Shown: positions 13,316-27,116 of the stretch, one piece after another
How positions within the stretch are numbered: the stretch's first letter is position 1
Layout: every line of letters starts with the position of its first letter
NCBI RefSeq assembly: GCF_006345805.1
Contig: NC_043002.1
Span: 26,598,001 to 26,662,000, forward strand
Direction of reading: 5' to 3'
DNA length: 64,000 nucleotides
Source: Octopus sinensis
Lineage: Eukaryota
Position numbers and translations under genes: made by a program
Notes under the pieces: model-generated
Seen by the model: the letters and a program-made list of their open reading frames with translations, nothing else
Databases searched by the model: none
What the model was told of the DNA's origin: nothing

Positions 13316-14706
13316 GAACGAATGAAACAGAATTCACGGTAAGTTCCCTGCATGACTATCGAGAAAAAGCATGGCTATCGCAGACAAATAAACACACTTT
13401 TGCTCATGGAAATGTTCCAGACTCTCGTCTTTAATATTTTTAATCTGTAATATGAACCCTAGTATTTTGTTTTATATTTATGAACTACATAGATGCAAGT
13501 AAAACACCCTGGGATTAAAAGAAAGAAAACATGGCGCAACAGAGCCATGCAACTTATTCGTTGCGCCGATTGTTTTGCTTCCAATACACATAGATGACCT
13601 AGCAAACATGGTTATATTTTTGTGAGTAATGGTAGTTTTATATAGTAGACCATAATCATCTGTTCAGTTTATATGCGCAGTAGTTATCTCAAAGGACAAT
13701 TAAAGAAATGCAAAACTATTCGGAGCGGTTAGATCATGTGTCACACTAAACACTATATATCATAATAATAATATTTGTGTATTTCTAGATTTGTTAAATT
13801 ATGTTCCATTGTTGGTATTATTGGCTCTCTAATTTCTATATTTTTGTATGAATTTAATGAACATCCTCATAAATTATATATGAAAATACATTGTTAAAGC
13901 ACAGCTAATGTATATGCCACGACCCCTTTCTCACAAATGTGAGAAACTCTATTACAATCCGCTCGACTAATTGCAATAGGATAGCTGACAAATACCACTC
14001 AAATTACAAAGTAATATGTTTGTAATTTGAGAGGTAGTTTATATTGAGAGGTAAAAACATAACCTGATGTTCGACCTCAATGCACATATACTTCAGAAAA
14101 AGTGTTAGTTGTTTACAGAACTTAAATATGAAATAGAATAATTGACTAAGGAACATGAAATTATGCAATACACTTCGATATGTGTGTGTGTGTGTGTGTG
14201 TATGTGTGTGTGTGTATACATATATATAGATAAAACTTACTTGGAAAAGAACACGTGGCGTTCGATCATATAATAATATAATATAAATAAATAATATAAA
14301 TACATACATATATGCACATACCTACATATATATGTATATATACATGCATATGTGGGTACAAGACATAAAAAAAACGTTGAACACAATGAGAAACGAAAAC
14401 ATAAAAACAAAAACATAGAAACGAACTTTTTTTCGGACAACGGAAAAACAAACAAACAGAGAAACAAGACATACAACATAAAGAATATTCCCCTTCTTCA
14501 GTTGTCCCTGTTTCAACCACTCGTTCTTCGTTTTGTCTTACATAGATGTGTTCCACTCTGTTTTACTGCATTTTTTGTTTCTGTCCCTTAGCCGCATTCA
14601 AACCATCGACTGAACGGTCTACATGTCCGTTCAAAACACTTATGGGTGTATTCCATACATTGAGTAGTTCAATCCACTCTAGGCCAAATAGATTAAGTGA
14701 ATCTTT

Positions 14707-14777
<71 letters not shown>

Positions 14778-14944
14778 ATTTGCCTTTTACGTTTGAACCC
14801 GATGTGTTACATTTCATACGAATTCACCGAAAAAATATAATCTTTTTCCCGTAACGCCAAGTCTAGATTTAATTAATTTCGGCTTACCGACTTATTTTAA
14901 GTTGTTTTCGTTTATAATGGTGATATCGTTATTAGTGTTCAACT

Positions 14945-16186
14945 TCATTTTAACACTTGTATTCTGATTTTCACCTTCACGAATTTCCTCATCGTTATAT
15001 TACCAATTTCTTCCGATGCCATACTTTTTATTCTTTTTCTTCTGTTCTGATGTTTTGTCATCTTCGTTCTACATCGCGCGATTATATATCCTATATTTCC
15101 ACCACTAAAGCACTTCGCCATTTTAAATGAACGTTTTTTCATCTGGTGTATACCACCACATGCAAAACCTGGATTTATTTCATGATTTTTGTCGTATGTT
15201 TTAGAAAACACTTTATCTTTATTCTGACTATTTCGCATTTATTTCACTTGGAAACAATCTTTACGTTCAATTTCTTCTGTGCCGTGTCTTAATTTGACTA
15301 TTCTTTCACATTCTTCTGACAGTTGTTGTAGGGTTACATCCTGGTTTTGTTCTAGTTTAGTGAGAATTCTTGTTCTAACTTCTACGTCTTCTCCTGCAGT
15401 TAGTCCCTGTGTAAAAATCAGGCATTTGAACATATTTGGAGTTAATTCGTCAAGCTTAAACTTCTCACATTACTTTTTTACATCACATATATTGGTTGAG
15501 TAAACAGGCAATGTGAGAAGTGTAAGCTTGACGAATTAACGCCAAATATGTTCAAATGCCTAATTTTTACACAGGGACTAACTGCAGGAGAAGAGATAGA
15601 AGAGCTCATTGTTCAACACACGTTGGAATTGCCTAAACACAGAGAAAAATAACGACGAAGATGAGCTCATTTCATTGAAAATTTTACACAATATATCTGT
15701 TGTGTCATTAAAGATTATGTCCCAAGGTTTTTTGGGGAGAACATAATTACTGAATCGTTCATGTTATGTTGCCGCCAGTTTCCACAAGATTAAGCCCGTT
15801 TTTATCTCGTCGTCCCAATCTTTACATTCTTGCTCAAAGATTTGCTCATATCTTCTGTAGTAAGCTTCGAAGCTAACTTCTTCATCAGGTTCGTATTTGA
15901 ACTCTGTTATGGAGTTCTCGACATAGTCTGTCCAGAACACTTTTTCTGACTTTCCTGACGATTTCAGTAATTGCAGCTTTTATTGCTGTAATATTTTTTG
16001 TTGCTGTTTTTGTTGTTGCTCTCGAAGTTGAATCTGCTTCTGTTGTTGTTCTTTCAGTCGTTGTTGGTGGTGTTGTTGTTGCTTCAGTTGTCGTTATTGC
16101 AGTTGTAGCTGCTAGCGTTGTTGTTCTTTCAGTTGCTGCTTTTCCGCGTTTTGCAACTCGATCAAACCGGCCAACAAACTTTCCAT
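14945..16186 (-). pseudogene. Ty3/Gypsy (K02A2.6-like) gag remnant with zinc knuckles and start of protease
   Basis: ATG at 16186: MESLLAGLIELQ.. (Q-rich) ..NSITEFKYEPDEEVSFEAYYRRYEQIFEQECKDWDDEIKTGLILWKL; then FKCLIFTQGL..EVRTRILTKLE..TLQQLSEECERI (ORF 15239-15433); then ACGGIH..FKMAKCFSGGNIGY..RC and RKFVKVKI. Stops are present. Confidence 0.85.
15387..15594. repeat. Local inverted duplication inside gag (arms 15387-15471 / 15510-15594)
   Basis: tcttctcctgcagttagtccctgtgtaaaaat...cttctcacatt is mirrored by aatgtgagaag...acacagggactaactgcaggagaaga, with a 38-bp spacer. Confidence 0.95.
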
Positions 16187-16260
16187 TTTGTGAGTTTGTT
16201 AACTCGTCGTGAGTTTTTAAAATCCTCGTCGAGTTTATTAATTCTTAGTGAGTTATTTAA

Positions 16261-16477
16261 CTCCTTGTCACCACTGTTATAATCCTTAAAATGTTCGACT
16301 GTTATAACATCCACTCCGGTATACAATATACTTAGTAAAACCAGTAAAGATACGACTATCTCTGACCGCCTACTACGTAATCCGGTTCTTCACATACTTC
16401 TCTTTACTTATCGTGACTATGTTATTCCATTCGTCACGTGGGAGGATGTGTATCATTATTATTAATTCCCTACAACA
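16261..16477 (-). mobile_element. 5' LTR (~203 bp, 16275-16477) and primer-binding site of the Gypsy element
   Basis: The minus strand begins TGTTGT and ends TATAACA, followed by g-TGGTGACAAGGAG (TGG-type PBS) ~75 bp upstream of the gag ATG. No 3' LTR is seen. Confidence 0.7.
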
Positions 16478-17020
16478 TTTTCTTTGTTACATTTGACAAT
16501 ATGAGATTTGATAAGTTTCAACATAATTAGCCAGTTTGCGTTTGGCCACTTTCCCACTTTAGATGCTTATTATTGTTTTAAATAACATCTCTTTAATAAG
16601 ACTGTAATACACTTTCGCAATTTATATTTCGCATTTTAAGCTTCCTGCTTTAAAACAGAAAATTTTCATTATTATTTACTCACTTAATATTCACACTTCA
16701 TTCCTCTATTTCTGTTTTTAATCTTTTAATTTTATTTCATGATATTTTTCGTTAACACTATACTTAATTCCGTTAATTCCCGCGAACGAATATTACGTTA
16801 TTTGTTTTCTATAATGTATTTTAAACATAATTTATAAATGTCTTGAATGGTTGGAATTGCTTTATAAATATTTCAAGTTTAAAAAGATGTTTTCGTGTAG
16901 CTTATTAAAGATTAAAAATTAATTTTGGTGTGTTGTGTCTCAAACTGAAGAAACAATGAGATGCCAGAATGGTTGATAATTTAGATCTTAAAACGCTTTC
17001 TTTGAACTGATTCCAATTAG

Positions 17021-17841
17021 AAATGTCTGAAATATTTAAGTCGAGTTCCAGAAGATGAATTCCAGTATCAGCGTGGTTTTCATAATATTTTCAGCCATTT
17101 ATATAATGTAGGGTTAAACATAATTAAAATTGTGGCAGACAACATTAATGTTATTCTGTAAATCAAGAGAAATGGAGATATGCCTGTACTCTAACAAAAG
17201 TATGATATTTAGTGTAACAAGAAAGAAACATAACGTATATTTGAATGTCATAAAATGTTTTGTACTCCATCATATTTTAATTTTCAGATTGTAAAATGTA
17301 TGCATTTAGGAGGATAGAATTTCTAAAATTTGGACTTACAAAACATCAGATGTAAGAGAAAGGAAAATGTCCGTGGAGATTAGACTGTTAGAAACAGCAG
17401 CAAACTGCTATTTAATCCGTATGCAACATTAAATAACAGGTTCTACATATATTACGTTTGAAAATGAGATTGGAATTTACGTCCGCTAGTTTTTTAAGGC
17501 TATTGTCAAAGGGAATCAACGAAACTTACTTTTCTTTTTGCAGAAAGGCAAAATAAATTTTCATGATTTCTCATGCAGTTCTGGAGCAAATAATTGATAT
17601 ATGTACATGTTGGTTTTTCACAGTATGATACACAATTTTAGATAATGAGAATTACAAAAGAAACAAACATCTAACTGAATTTATTAGGTACACTCTGACT
17701 GAAACCAAGGATAAAATTAATCATCTGAAACAAATTCGTAATAAACGAATTCACAAACAAACAGCTGCTTTGACATGTTTATTCCCCTGTGTTACATCAT
17801 TATTATCATTATCTGAAATTGCTTTTTACAAGCTGCAATGA
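17021..17841 (+). other. Possible host-gene exon remnants (tentative RasGEF REM-domain-like peptide)
   Basis: AG/GT-bounded segments 17021-17107 (KCLKYLSRVPEDEFQYQRGFHNIFSHLYN) and 17288-17351, plus frame 17557-17841 with one TGA (HAVLEQIIDICTCWF...NKHLTEFIR). Splice phases do not join cleanly. Confidence 0.22.
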
Positions 17842-18874
17842 TTGCAGCGTTTGATTTTTGTACGGTAGCTAGTTTCAGTTGTATGATTTTTCAATAAAGT
17901 ATTATTAATAAATGAATATTGTACAATGTGCATTTAAATATATAAATATAATATATAAAATATAAATATATTAGTGTATGTATACACACATGCCGATGAT
18001 AGCATGAACAAAAATTAAAATACCCAGTATCAATTAGAGGATATAATGTATAACACAGATGAAAAACATAATATTCGACAATTCAAAGAATACTGTAAAA
18101 TTCACAATATAGTAGTAGCAGGTCAGATGTAACGCCATCTTTCATTATGGCGGAAAGCGTGGCTGTTACAGTTTAGTGGATATAATTTTAATATGAGTTG
18201 TGTTATTTCCCAGCTGATTGCTGCAAGACACCTGGTTATAATTTTCTTCAAATGAGGGGAACCTCCTTGCAATGAATAAATGTTTACGTATTCGATTATA
18301 ACAAGCGTTTTCTGCAAATAACAAATTAAATAACACTATGGACCTGGCAGTAAAGGATTTATGTGTGTATGTGTGTGTGTATGTAGTTGATAGATGCTGT
18401 TCTATGATGTAAATTTTACCAATAGTACAAACTTAACGTACGTTTGTTTGAACGTCAGAAGCTGTTGTTTATCGTTCGGTAAAACCCCTCAAACGGCGTG
18501 AAGTTTTGAGAACTATAATATACTTCAGAGCTACGCGAAGCTACCAAAGGCGTAGCAGATACGTATTTTGCTGTATTTGCTGCTTATTACCAGTATATAT
18601 CAAGTTAATTTCAAAACAAAACAGAAATCTTTATCCTGAAATATGCACAGATAATATAAAAAGTATATAATAACTGGTAACGACCCTGCAGAAATAGAAT
18701 AAGTTTAGACTATGAAATATAGGCATCCCTTTAATGTAAGCATTACCAATACCATGAACTTAACGTGCGTGTATTGTTTAAATGCCTGAATTTGTCTCTT
18801 TCCCCCCAAAAGAAAAGCTCAACTTTGTAATCTGTCCCGTCTGTGTTCAGCCTTGTGTGGCTAATAAAGAAACA

Positions 18875-18970
<96 letters not shown>

Positions 18971-19115
18971 ATCTATCTATGTATCTATCTCTATATATTC
19001 TGACTATCTACTTTATTTGTCCGTATGCCTTTCAATCTATGGATCAATATGTATGTGAATGTGTGTGTGCGTGTATGTGCATGTGGTGTGTGTGTGTGTA
19101 TGTGTGTGTGTGTGT

Positions 19116-19166
<51 letters not shown>

Positions 19167-20034
19167 TGTGTGCATCTCTGTCCGTGTGCATGTACGTTTA
19201 AATTCATAACTATTTATAACTCTAGCTATTTTACATTCTCTATCCCTCATCTCTCCTCATTTTGTATTCCGATTCTCTCCCCAATGTCCAACATTTTTCA
19301 TTAATGATCCAAATGCTAGTAATTCCACCTTAGTAATTATTAAGAAAAGCACTATAGATTCTTTACTAATTTATACCCAAATGATTATGTCATTATTTGA
19401 ATATGTGCATAATATGTATCGTATCAAAATAATCCCCTTACTATTGCTGACTAGTCTATAACTAGAAAAACAAACATTCAATTATCTTTTCTCACCTTAG
19501 ACGTGTTTCTCTCCTAAATACAATTATCATAGAATGACGTTCCTTACGAACATAAAACCTCTCATTATCATCGGTTCCCTCCCAGAATGACTATTGTAGA
19601 TCAGCACAAATTCGGAACTAATCTCCGCCGACATTCGAAACTACATGTGGTTCTCCGACTTCAGACAATAGGTGTTTGTCTCTCTGTATCTCTCGCACTT
19701 TATTGCTGCTATAGTGCAGTATTCATCGTAGTAGTTATGATGTATTTCTCTCTTTTGCTACTCTTCATTCATTTTCTGTTTTTTTTTTTTTTCCTGTAGC
19801 TATTGCTTGATATTCTATCTACACACAATTGTGATTTTCTAGTTTCGAAGAAACTTGCAAGCATTGAAGTAGCACGATTAGAATTCTGTAAACAATTCAA
19901 GAAGAACGTAAACATTCCACAGTACGAATACTCATTGATACATTTATAATATGCGCACGTGTGTTTGTGTGTGGTTGTGTGTTTGTGTGTGTCTATGTGT
20001 GTATGCGTTCGTGTGAATGTATAATAAATATATA

Positions 20035-20128
<94 letters not shown>

Positions 20129-21492
20129 CATACACACATACATACATGCATACCTATATATATATAATACAAATCTCGTTGTGAGAGTGTGCGTAAAAGA
20201 CTATAATAGCCGTAGTTTTCAACTGATTTTCTCCAAACTTAGACCATACACTAGGTATGTACCAGCGATGGTTTTAAACTCTTGAAACTTTTCAAACAAT
20301 TAGTAACGGCCCCCCTAGAGGTAGAAAATCTCCGTTACTGGGTTACGCGAAGTAACTTTTAGAAATTGGAGTTTTCCCTTACATCCATTGGTCAAAAAAT
20401 CATCACAATCACATCTAATATATAAAATAGAGATGTGTGCGAGAGTGTGTATTCTCTTTTCACGCTTATCTCTATCTCTCTATGTATATCTTTATATCCA
20501 TTCTATCTCTATATTTATCTATCTCTCTGTATTTATCTCTCCATATCTTATCTATCTATATCTACCTATCTACATTTATCTTATTAGTCTAACAAGTTAG
20601 CTCTCTCTGTCTCTTCCCTTGTCTATATCTCACTCACTCCCTATTGTTTTCAATTTCATTTTTCAGATGATATCGTTTTCACTTTAAGTTCAAACGCTAT
20701 TTTTGTACTGTAAGTTTTCAATCAATATTTGCAAACAACGACAAATTCCTGACAGAATGAAGTTCACAACTACGCCAGAAGTAACTTCATAAATTACACT
20801 TCAGTCCGTACACTTCATTAGATTTACCTACAAATTTCCTATTTACGTTTGCAAAGTTCTGTGTTTTTTGTTGTTGATGGAATTACTGATAAAAGTAACT
20901 TCATAAATTACTGAGAGAAGTAACTTAATTTCACTTAAGTGTTAATTTCCCTTAAAAATTCTTATTTTGCAACAGTTTTGTGTTTTTCTGTTTAAGCAAT
21001 ATAATGAGATTTGGTAAATCTATCACTCAGGCGTAAATGCACTCTGCATCGACAACGGATTGCATTCTCAGAATACAGAATGATACCCTTTAGTGAGCGT
21101 ATTGAGAAATGCGCAAAGCAACTACTACCACAATTTGAAAAATATAAGCCCAAACTTAACCATTCTAACATTCGTATACAGAGAAACTCACCCCATTAAA
21201 TAAAAGGAAAATAAATATAAAGCGATTATCTCCCTTATACCGGAGGAAATCGGTTATTACCTCCCCCTACCTGGAACTCTTCTTGGCACTTCATAACGAA
21301 GACATAACACGACGTAGATAAAGACATTTGAGTATTTGAAAAGTTAACACGAAACCGGTAATTTTTCAAAAACTATGTTACTGTATGAAAAAACTTTTAT
21401 AACATTCTTCTAACATAATGACTCAAATATATTATTTAACCTTATAAAACAAGCCTTCTGTAGTTTTTTCGCTCTTTACTATTTTCTCTCTA

Positions 21493-21544
<52 letters not shown>

Positions 21545-21564
21545 TGTATTTATATGTACGTATG

Positions 21565-21655
21565 ACAGGTTTCTTACAGTTTCCGTCTACCAAATCTACT
21601 AACAAGTCTTTAGTCGGCCCGTGGCTGCCATGTAGTGGGACTGAGACCGGAAGAA
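21565..21655 (-). mobile_element. SINE 5' fragment (family of 8045-8427)
   Basis: cagtttccgtctaccaaatc..acaag.ctttagtcggccc and gtgggactga match the reverse complement of the SINE head/body. Confidence 0.7.
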
Positions 21656-21742
21656 TGTGAATACGTGTATATGTATATATATATATATATATGTATATAT
21701 ATGTATATATATGTATATATATATATATATATATGTCTATAT

Positions 21743-21785
<43 letters not shown>

Positions 21786-21832
21786 ATATATATATAATAT
21801 ATATATATATATAATATATATTATATATATAT

Positions 21833-22825
21833 ATATTGTAATATTTCGGAATGGTCATATTGGCAGTTTAGCCAATAAAAACACACGCACTATATATTTG
21901 GTGTTATTTTTCTTCAGTGATATTTATTTTTTACATTAATCTTAATCTTATTTCGGCCAAAGTTCTTTTGTCACACTCCTGTGACCGCATCAGTGGTCCT
22001 TTGTTTTCTTCTCACTTATTTGTGTCTTTCCTTACTAACCGTCAGCCATTTTGTATTTCTATTGTATGTCTTCATTTATGTAATGATAGGAATGGGATTT
22101 GCCCACTCTATAGGAACAAGTCATGGAACACTATAGAAAGGACAAAAAAAAAAGAAAATAGGGAAGGCCAACTCTTGGTATGATAGCCATAAATACCAGA
22201 GTGTCATGTTCGTTGACACCACCCCTGGAGGTGAACTGGCGTACCGCTTTAGAAGGACCCTAGATAAACTTAACTAAGAATTAAGGTTGTTGAAAAGCCA
22301 GGCACCCTATCAGATCTATAATTGGTAGAACCTATCCTTTTAGTAGAACCCTCTGTACGGATAACTATTGCACTGTATGTAGACTTAGCCCACAAACAAA
22401 CTGTAAAGCCAGAAATGTGGTCTATAGTATAAGATGTATAGAGGGACGATGCAGTAACAAGACAGTAACATACGTAGGGGAAACAGCAAGAAGCATTGGA
22501 GAGCGGGTGAATGAACATTGGAGACAACTCAAGGAAGGTAAGAGCTCATCGATTCTGCACCAACACGCCGAACAGGAACTCGGGGGATCAATCAATAACA
22601 TAGAGATTAAGATATTGTCCACACATAGAACAGATGCAACAATTAGACAAATTACAGAAGCTACACATATAATAGAAAATAAACCTAGCCTGAATAGAAA
22701 ACTAGAATGGAGCAATAGCACACACCACAACATATGACGATAGTGGATCCTGCAAACATAATAAATACACAGATAATTAAAGAAATAGAAATGAATAACT
22801 ATATATATGTATATATATCTATGTA

Positions 22826-22856
<31 letters not shown>

Positions 22857-23391
22857 GTATATGTGTATATATGTGTGTATAATATATATATATATATTTT
22901 TTTTTTTTCGATTAGATTTATTATTATTATTACTAATATTGTTGTTATACATACATACAAGCATATGTAATGATAATAATGGGTGGATGTAAACACATGA
23001 ACAAAATTAGAACAAAAGCAACAACAACAAAAACAAAATACAAATTACAAGAATGTATATAAACAGAAGATACAAATATTACAGGCATCCTCCCCACACA
23101 CACACACTAAATAAACATAGACGCACATAGAGATATAAGCATGCGCAAATGAAGACATACAATAGAAATACAAAATGGCTGACGGTTAGTAAGGAGAGAC
23201 ACAAATAAGTGAGAAGAAAACAAAGGACCACTGATGCGGTCACAGGAGTGTGACGAAAGAACTTTGGCCGAAATAAGATTAAGATTAATGTAAAAAATAA
23301 ATATCACTGAAGCAAAATAACACCAAATATATAGTGCGTGTGTTTTTATTGGCTAAACTGCCAATATGACCATTCCGAAATATTACAATAT
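21833..23391 (+). mobile_element. Penelope-like element (Naiad-like), 5'-truncated, with inverted 5' copy of its 3' terminus
   Basis: Coding remnant 22082-22737: GICPLYRNKSW..ER.K..WYDSHKYQSVMFVDTTPGGEL..IKVVEKPG..YPF...C....C.VC......C..RNVVYSIRC....YVGETARSIGERVNEH (GIY-YIG endonuclease). Flanked by 245-bp inverted arms 21833-22077 / 23147-23391. Confidence 0.85.
23225..23269 (+). ncRNA. Hammerhead-ribozyme-like motif (type I, variant core)
   Basis: GGACCA-CUGAUGC-GGUCAC aggagu GUGAC-GAAA-G aa CU-U-UGGCC. Stem I CCA/UGG, stem II and stem III can all be drawn. A9 is replaced by C and stem II lacks one base. Confidence 0.55.
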
Positions 23392-23444
23392 CTGTTTCAA
23401 CACACGACTTCACATAAAAATCTTGCACAACAAATATTTAAACG

Positions 23445-23576
<132 letters not shown>

Positions 23577-24137
23577 TACATATAATGAATTAAAAACATA
23601 AAATGAATGCACAAACAAACGGGAAACAGACACAAATGATCACAAACTTCTCATTTGTTTTCCCCCAGAGGCTTAACCTTACTAGAATATGTATTTTTTA
23701 AATCCAGCGGTAACAATTTGAAAAAGGAAAGGACTATTTTAGCTATAAGCGAATGGGAGAGGATTCAAACTATGTGCATAACGAAGCACTTCAAGTTAAT
23801 ACAAACAGATAACTTACTAAAGCGAAAACATGAGAATAGTTTTGAAAAATTTTCAAAACTTTGTATTTTTTATGACTACTACTTGATAAAAATCAATATA
23901 AAATAAATAATCAGAAAGACACAAAATAACATTTAAATACACAGATACCTTAAGCATTAATCCCAAGTAGGTCTTCTGTATTATATTATCTTTAGTGTAA
24001 AGGTGTATTATATATGTGTGTGCATGTGTGAGTGTGTGTGAGTGTGTGTGTGTGTGTGAGTGTGTGTAGACACATCCACCAGAACATTCACACACACGCT
24101 TATATATACATCTATATGCTTATCTATCTACCTATCT

Positions 24138-24192
<55 letters not shown>

Positions 24193-24414
24193 CTACATCT
24201 ATCTTTCTGTCTGTCTGACTATCAATGTGTCTGTATATGTATATATAATATATGCCTGTATATAGTTATACGCACGCACACAGACACGCATATAGAGAGA
24301 GGTAATGGGTGAGATAGACAGATGGAGTACATACATAAGTGCATTTATATACAGAAACACATGCATGTTTTTATATCTGTCTCTCTGTCTATATAACATA
24401 TATTTATACATAAG

Positions 24415-24487
<73 letters not shown>

Positions 24488-24516
24488 ATATACACACACA
24501 CATATATATATATACA

Positions 24517-24559
<43 letters not shown>

Positions 24560-24601
24560 TATATATTATATATATATAATATATACACAAAACTAAATTA
24601 T

Positions 24602-24642
<41 letters not shown>

Positions 24643-24942
24643 CATATCAATATATATATATATGTATATTTATGCATTTATTTCCATGAGATTTCGTTTA
24701 TTCAGAAACCTATAAAAATCTAGACAATTGTATGTCATAGGGCCTACGTAACATTTCTGTCATCACTTGCCTTTTACACTCCATGCTGCCATAAAATCAA
24801 TTGCCTAAGAGATGTGCCTGTCTGCTAAACTCATAGTGCTTTCAATTCGCTTCAATTTTGCAAAGAATAACCGCTGTGTTGTCACTTTCTTAATGTAAAT
24901 CCTAAATTTTATCTTTGCCTAACTCATGTATTTTTTGTTATT

Positions 24943-24974
<32 letters not shown>

Positions 24975-25037
<63 letters not shown>

Positions 25038-25202
25038 GTGTGTGTGTGTGTATGACGTAGGTTCTATTTATATATCAGTCTGTCTGTCTACGTGTCCGTT
25101 TATATCTATATCTATCTATCTATACATACATACATACATACACACACACATACAGACACACACCACACACACACACACACACATAATATATATATATATA
25201 TA

Positions 25203-25252
<50 letters not shown>

Positions 25253-25402
25253 TGTGTGTGGTGTGTGTGTGTGTGTGCGTGTGTGTGTGTGTGTGTATGA
25301 CGTAGGTTCTATTTATATATCAGTCTGTCTGTCTACGTGTCCGTTTATATCTATATCTATCTATCTATACATACATACATACATACACACACACACATAC
25401 AG

Positions 25403-25470
<68 letters not shown>
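24975..25470 (+). repeat. Tandem direct duplication, period 245 bp, bounded by (GT)n/(TA)n
   Basis: The unique core tatgacgtaggttctatttatatatcagtctgtctgtctacgtgtccg occurs at 25051 and 25296. Confidence 0.9.
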
Positions 25471-25514
25471 CTATCTATCTATATATACATACATACACAC
25501 ACACACACATACAG

Positions 25515-25545
<31 letters not shown>

Positions 25546-26934
25546 CATCTCCCAACGTACATTTAAGTATTTGGATTCACATGGACCGGTTCCTGCTCTG
25601 GCAAAAATGTCTCAGTTTGCTAAGCACTCGTTACCGTGATAGAGAATCCCAACCCGTCGTGTTGAAGTCTACGCTGCAACTGATTCGTTTTCACGGAAAT
25701 CATGGCAGCCACTAGTGTGAAAATAACTTCAATAAAGAGCAAATAATTCACTAGAAAAAAATAATTCACGAAATTCCAGAATTAAATAAGAGCTTTGATT
25801 GTTATTTCCAGCAGGTAGATATACATAGTATATCACTTGATTAATTTTAATCATTCAGCTATTTAATGCTTTTCGGGGGCCTGCAATCGCCAATATTATT
25901 GATTGTTATTATCATTTTTAAATTGTTATACAAGATAATAACACAATAACAGAGTCAATGGTATCTTCACAAATTATTTTTTCGTGATATATATATACAT
26001 AATTTTCATAAGTTATTGGAAAAACAAAAATGTCTATTCCTATCAGAATGTTCTATAAATAGAATTATTCATCGTTAGAATTAAAAGTAAATCGAACTTT
26101 TTTTGCTGTTACTTATCACTCTGTTACTTGGATCCATATGTGAAAGGTAAGACGGACTATGTTTAAAGAAGTATTTAAGTGAAAAAAAAATGTAATTTGA
26201 TTACAATTCTAAATTTAGTCAAATTTAATCACGAAACGAAAATATGAAAAATACAGTACAATCTTTAGACGTTTTAAAAAGAGAGGCTTTAAATAGTATG
26301 CGGAACGAAAATTCGAAAACATTTTAATTTAAGTCTTCAAATTAACATTGAAGTTAAAAGCAAAGAAAAACAAATTGTCTTTATCCGGTCTACATTAACT
26401 TGATGCTTTTCCTTCCTATGGGAGGGAAAAAGTAGTCTGTAGATGTATATACTTGTATAGAACGAGTTATATACATTGTGTGTAGATACTACATAACCGT
26501 GTGTATTAGTCTTTATAAAAGTAAAGAAGTGATAAACCGAAGAAAGACGGTGTACATCAAATTTTAAAACGATTGGATTTTCTGATTTAAACTAAATGTA
26601 CCTGGTATTTTAATTTACTTTCCAGAAACAACCAAAACAATATTATATTTCAAAGTATTTAATCTCCCGCGTCTTCATTGGAGACGAACCACTTCAGCAC
26701 TTCATTGCAAGTTTCTACAGCACCACAGAATACTTGGCAGAGTCTATGTTGGATTCTTTTACGTCCGTCATCAGGAATTATACCGCGATTTCTCTCTTCA
26801 GCCATCAGTGGACGAAGCATAATTCAAAACCTGTCCTTCGAAGAAGAATCGCCCGACGACCAAGCTGCCATTTTTACGTTCTAAATGTTTTTTTTTTATG
26901 ACTTAACTGCCAAATGAGCAGTTTTTTTACTACT

Positions 26935-27042
26935 CGAGGCTGCCATATTGTGAGGTCCAAACGATCAGTTTCTTATGGCTCGTCTTTCGTGTACATATAC
27001 AAACGTATACATACATATATATGCGCCTTCGTATGTTATATG

Positions 27043-27116
<74 letters not shown>

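Noticed and set aside
20170-20370. Possible Helitron/HINE fragments (also 18400-18600, 29760-30000)
   Set aside because: Only short motif resemblance (tcaactgattttctccaaactt; small hairpins), and termini could not be defined.
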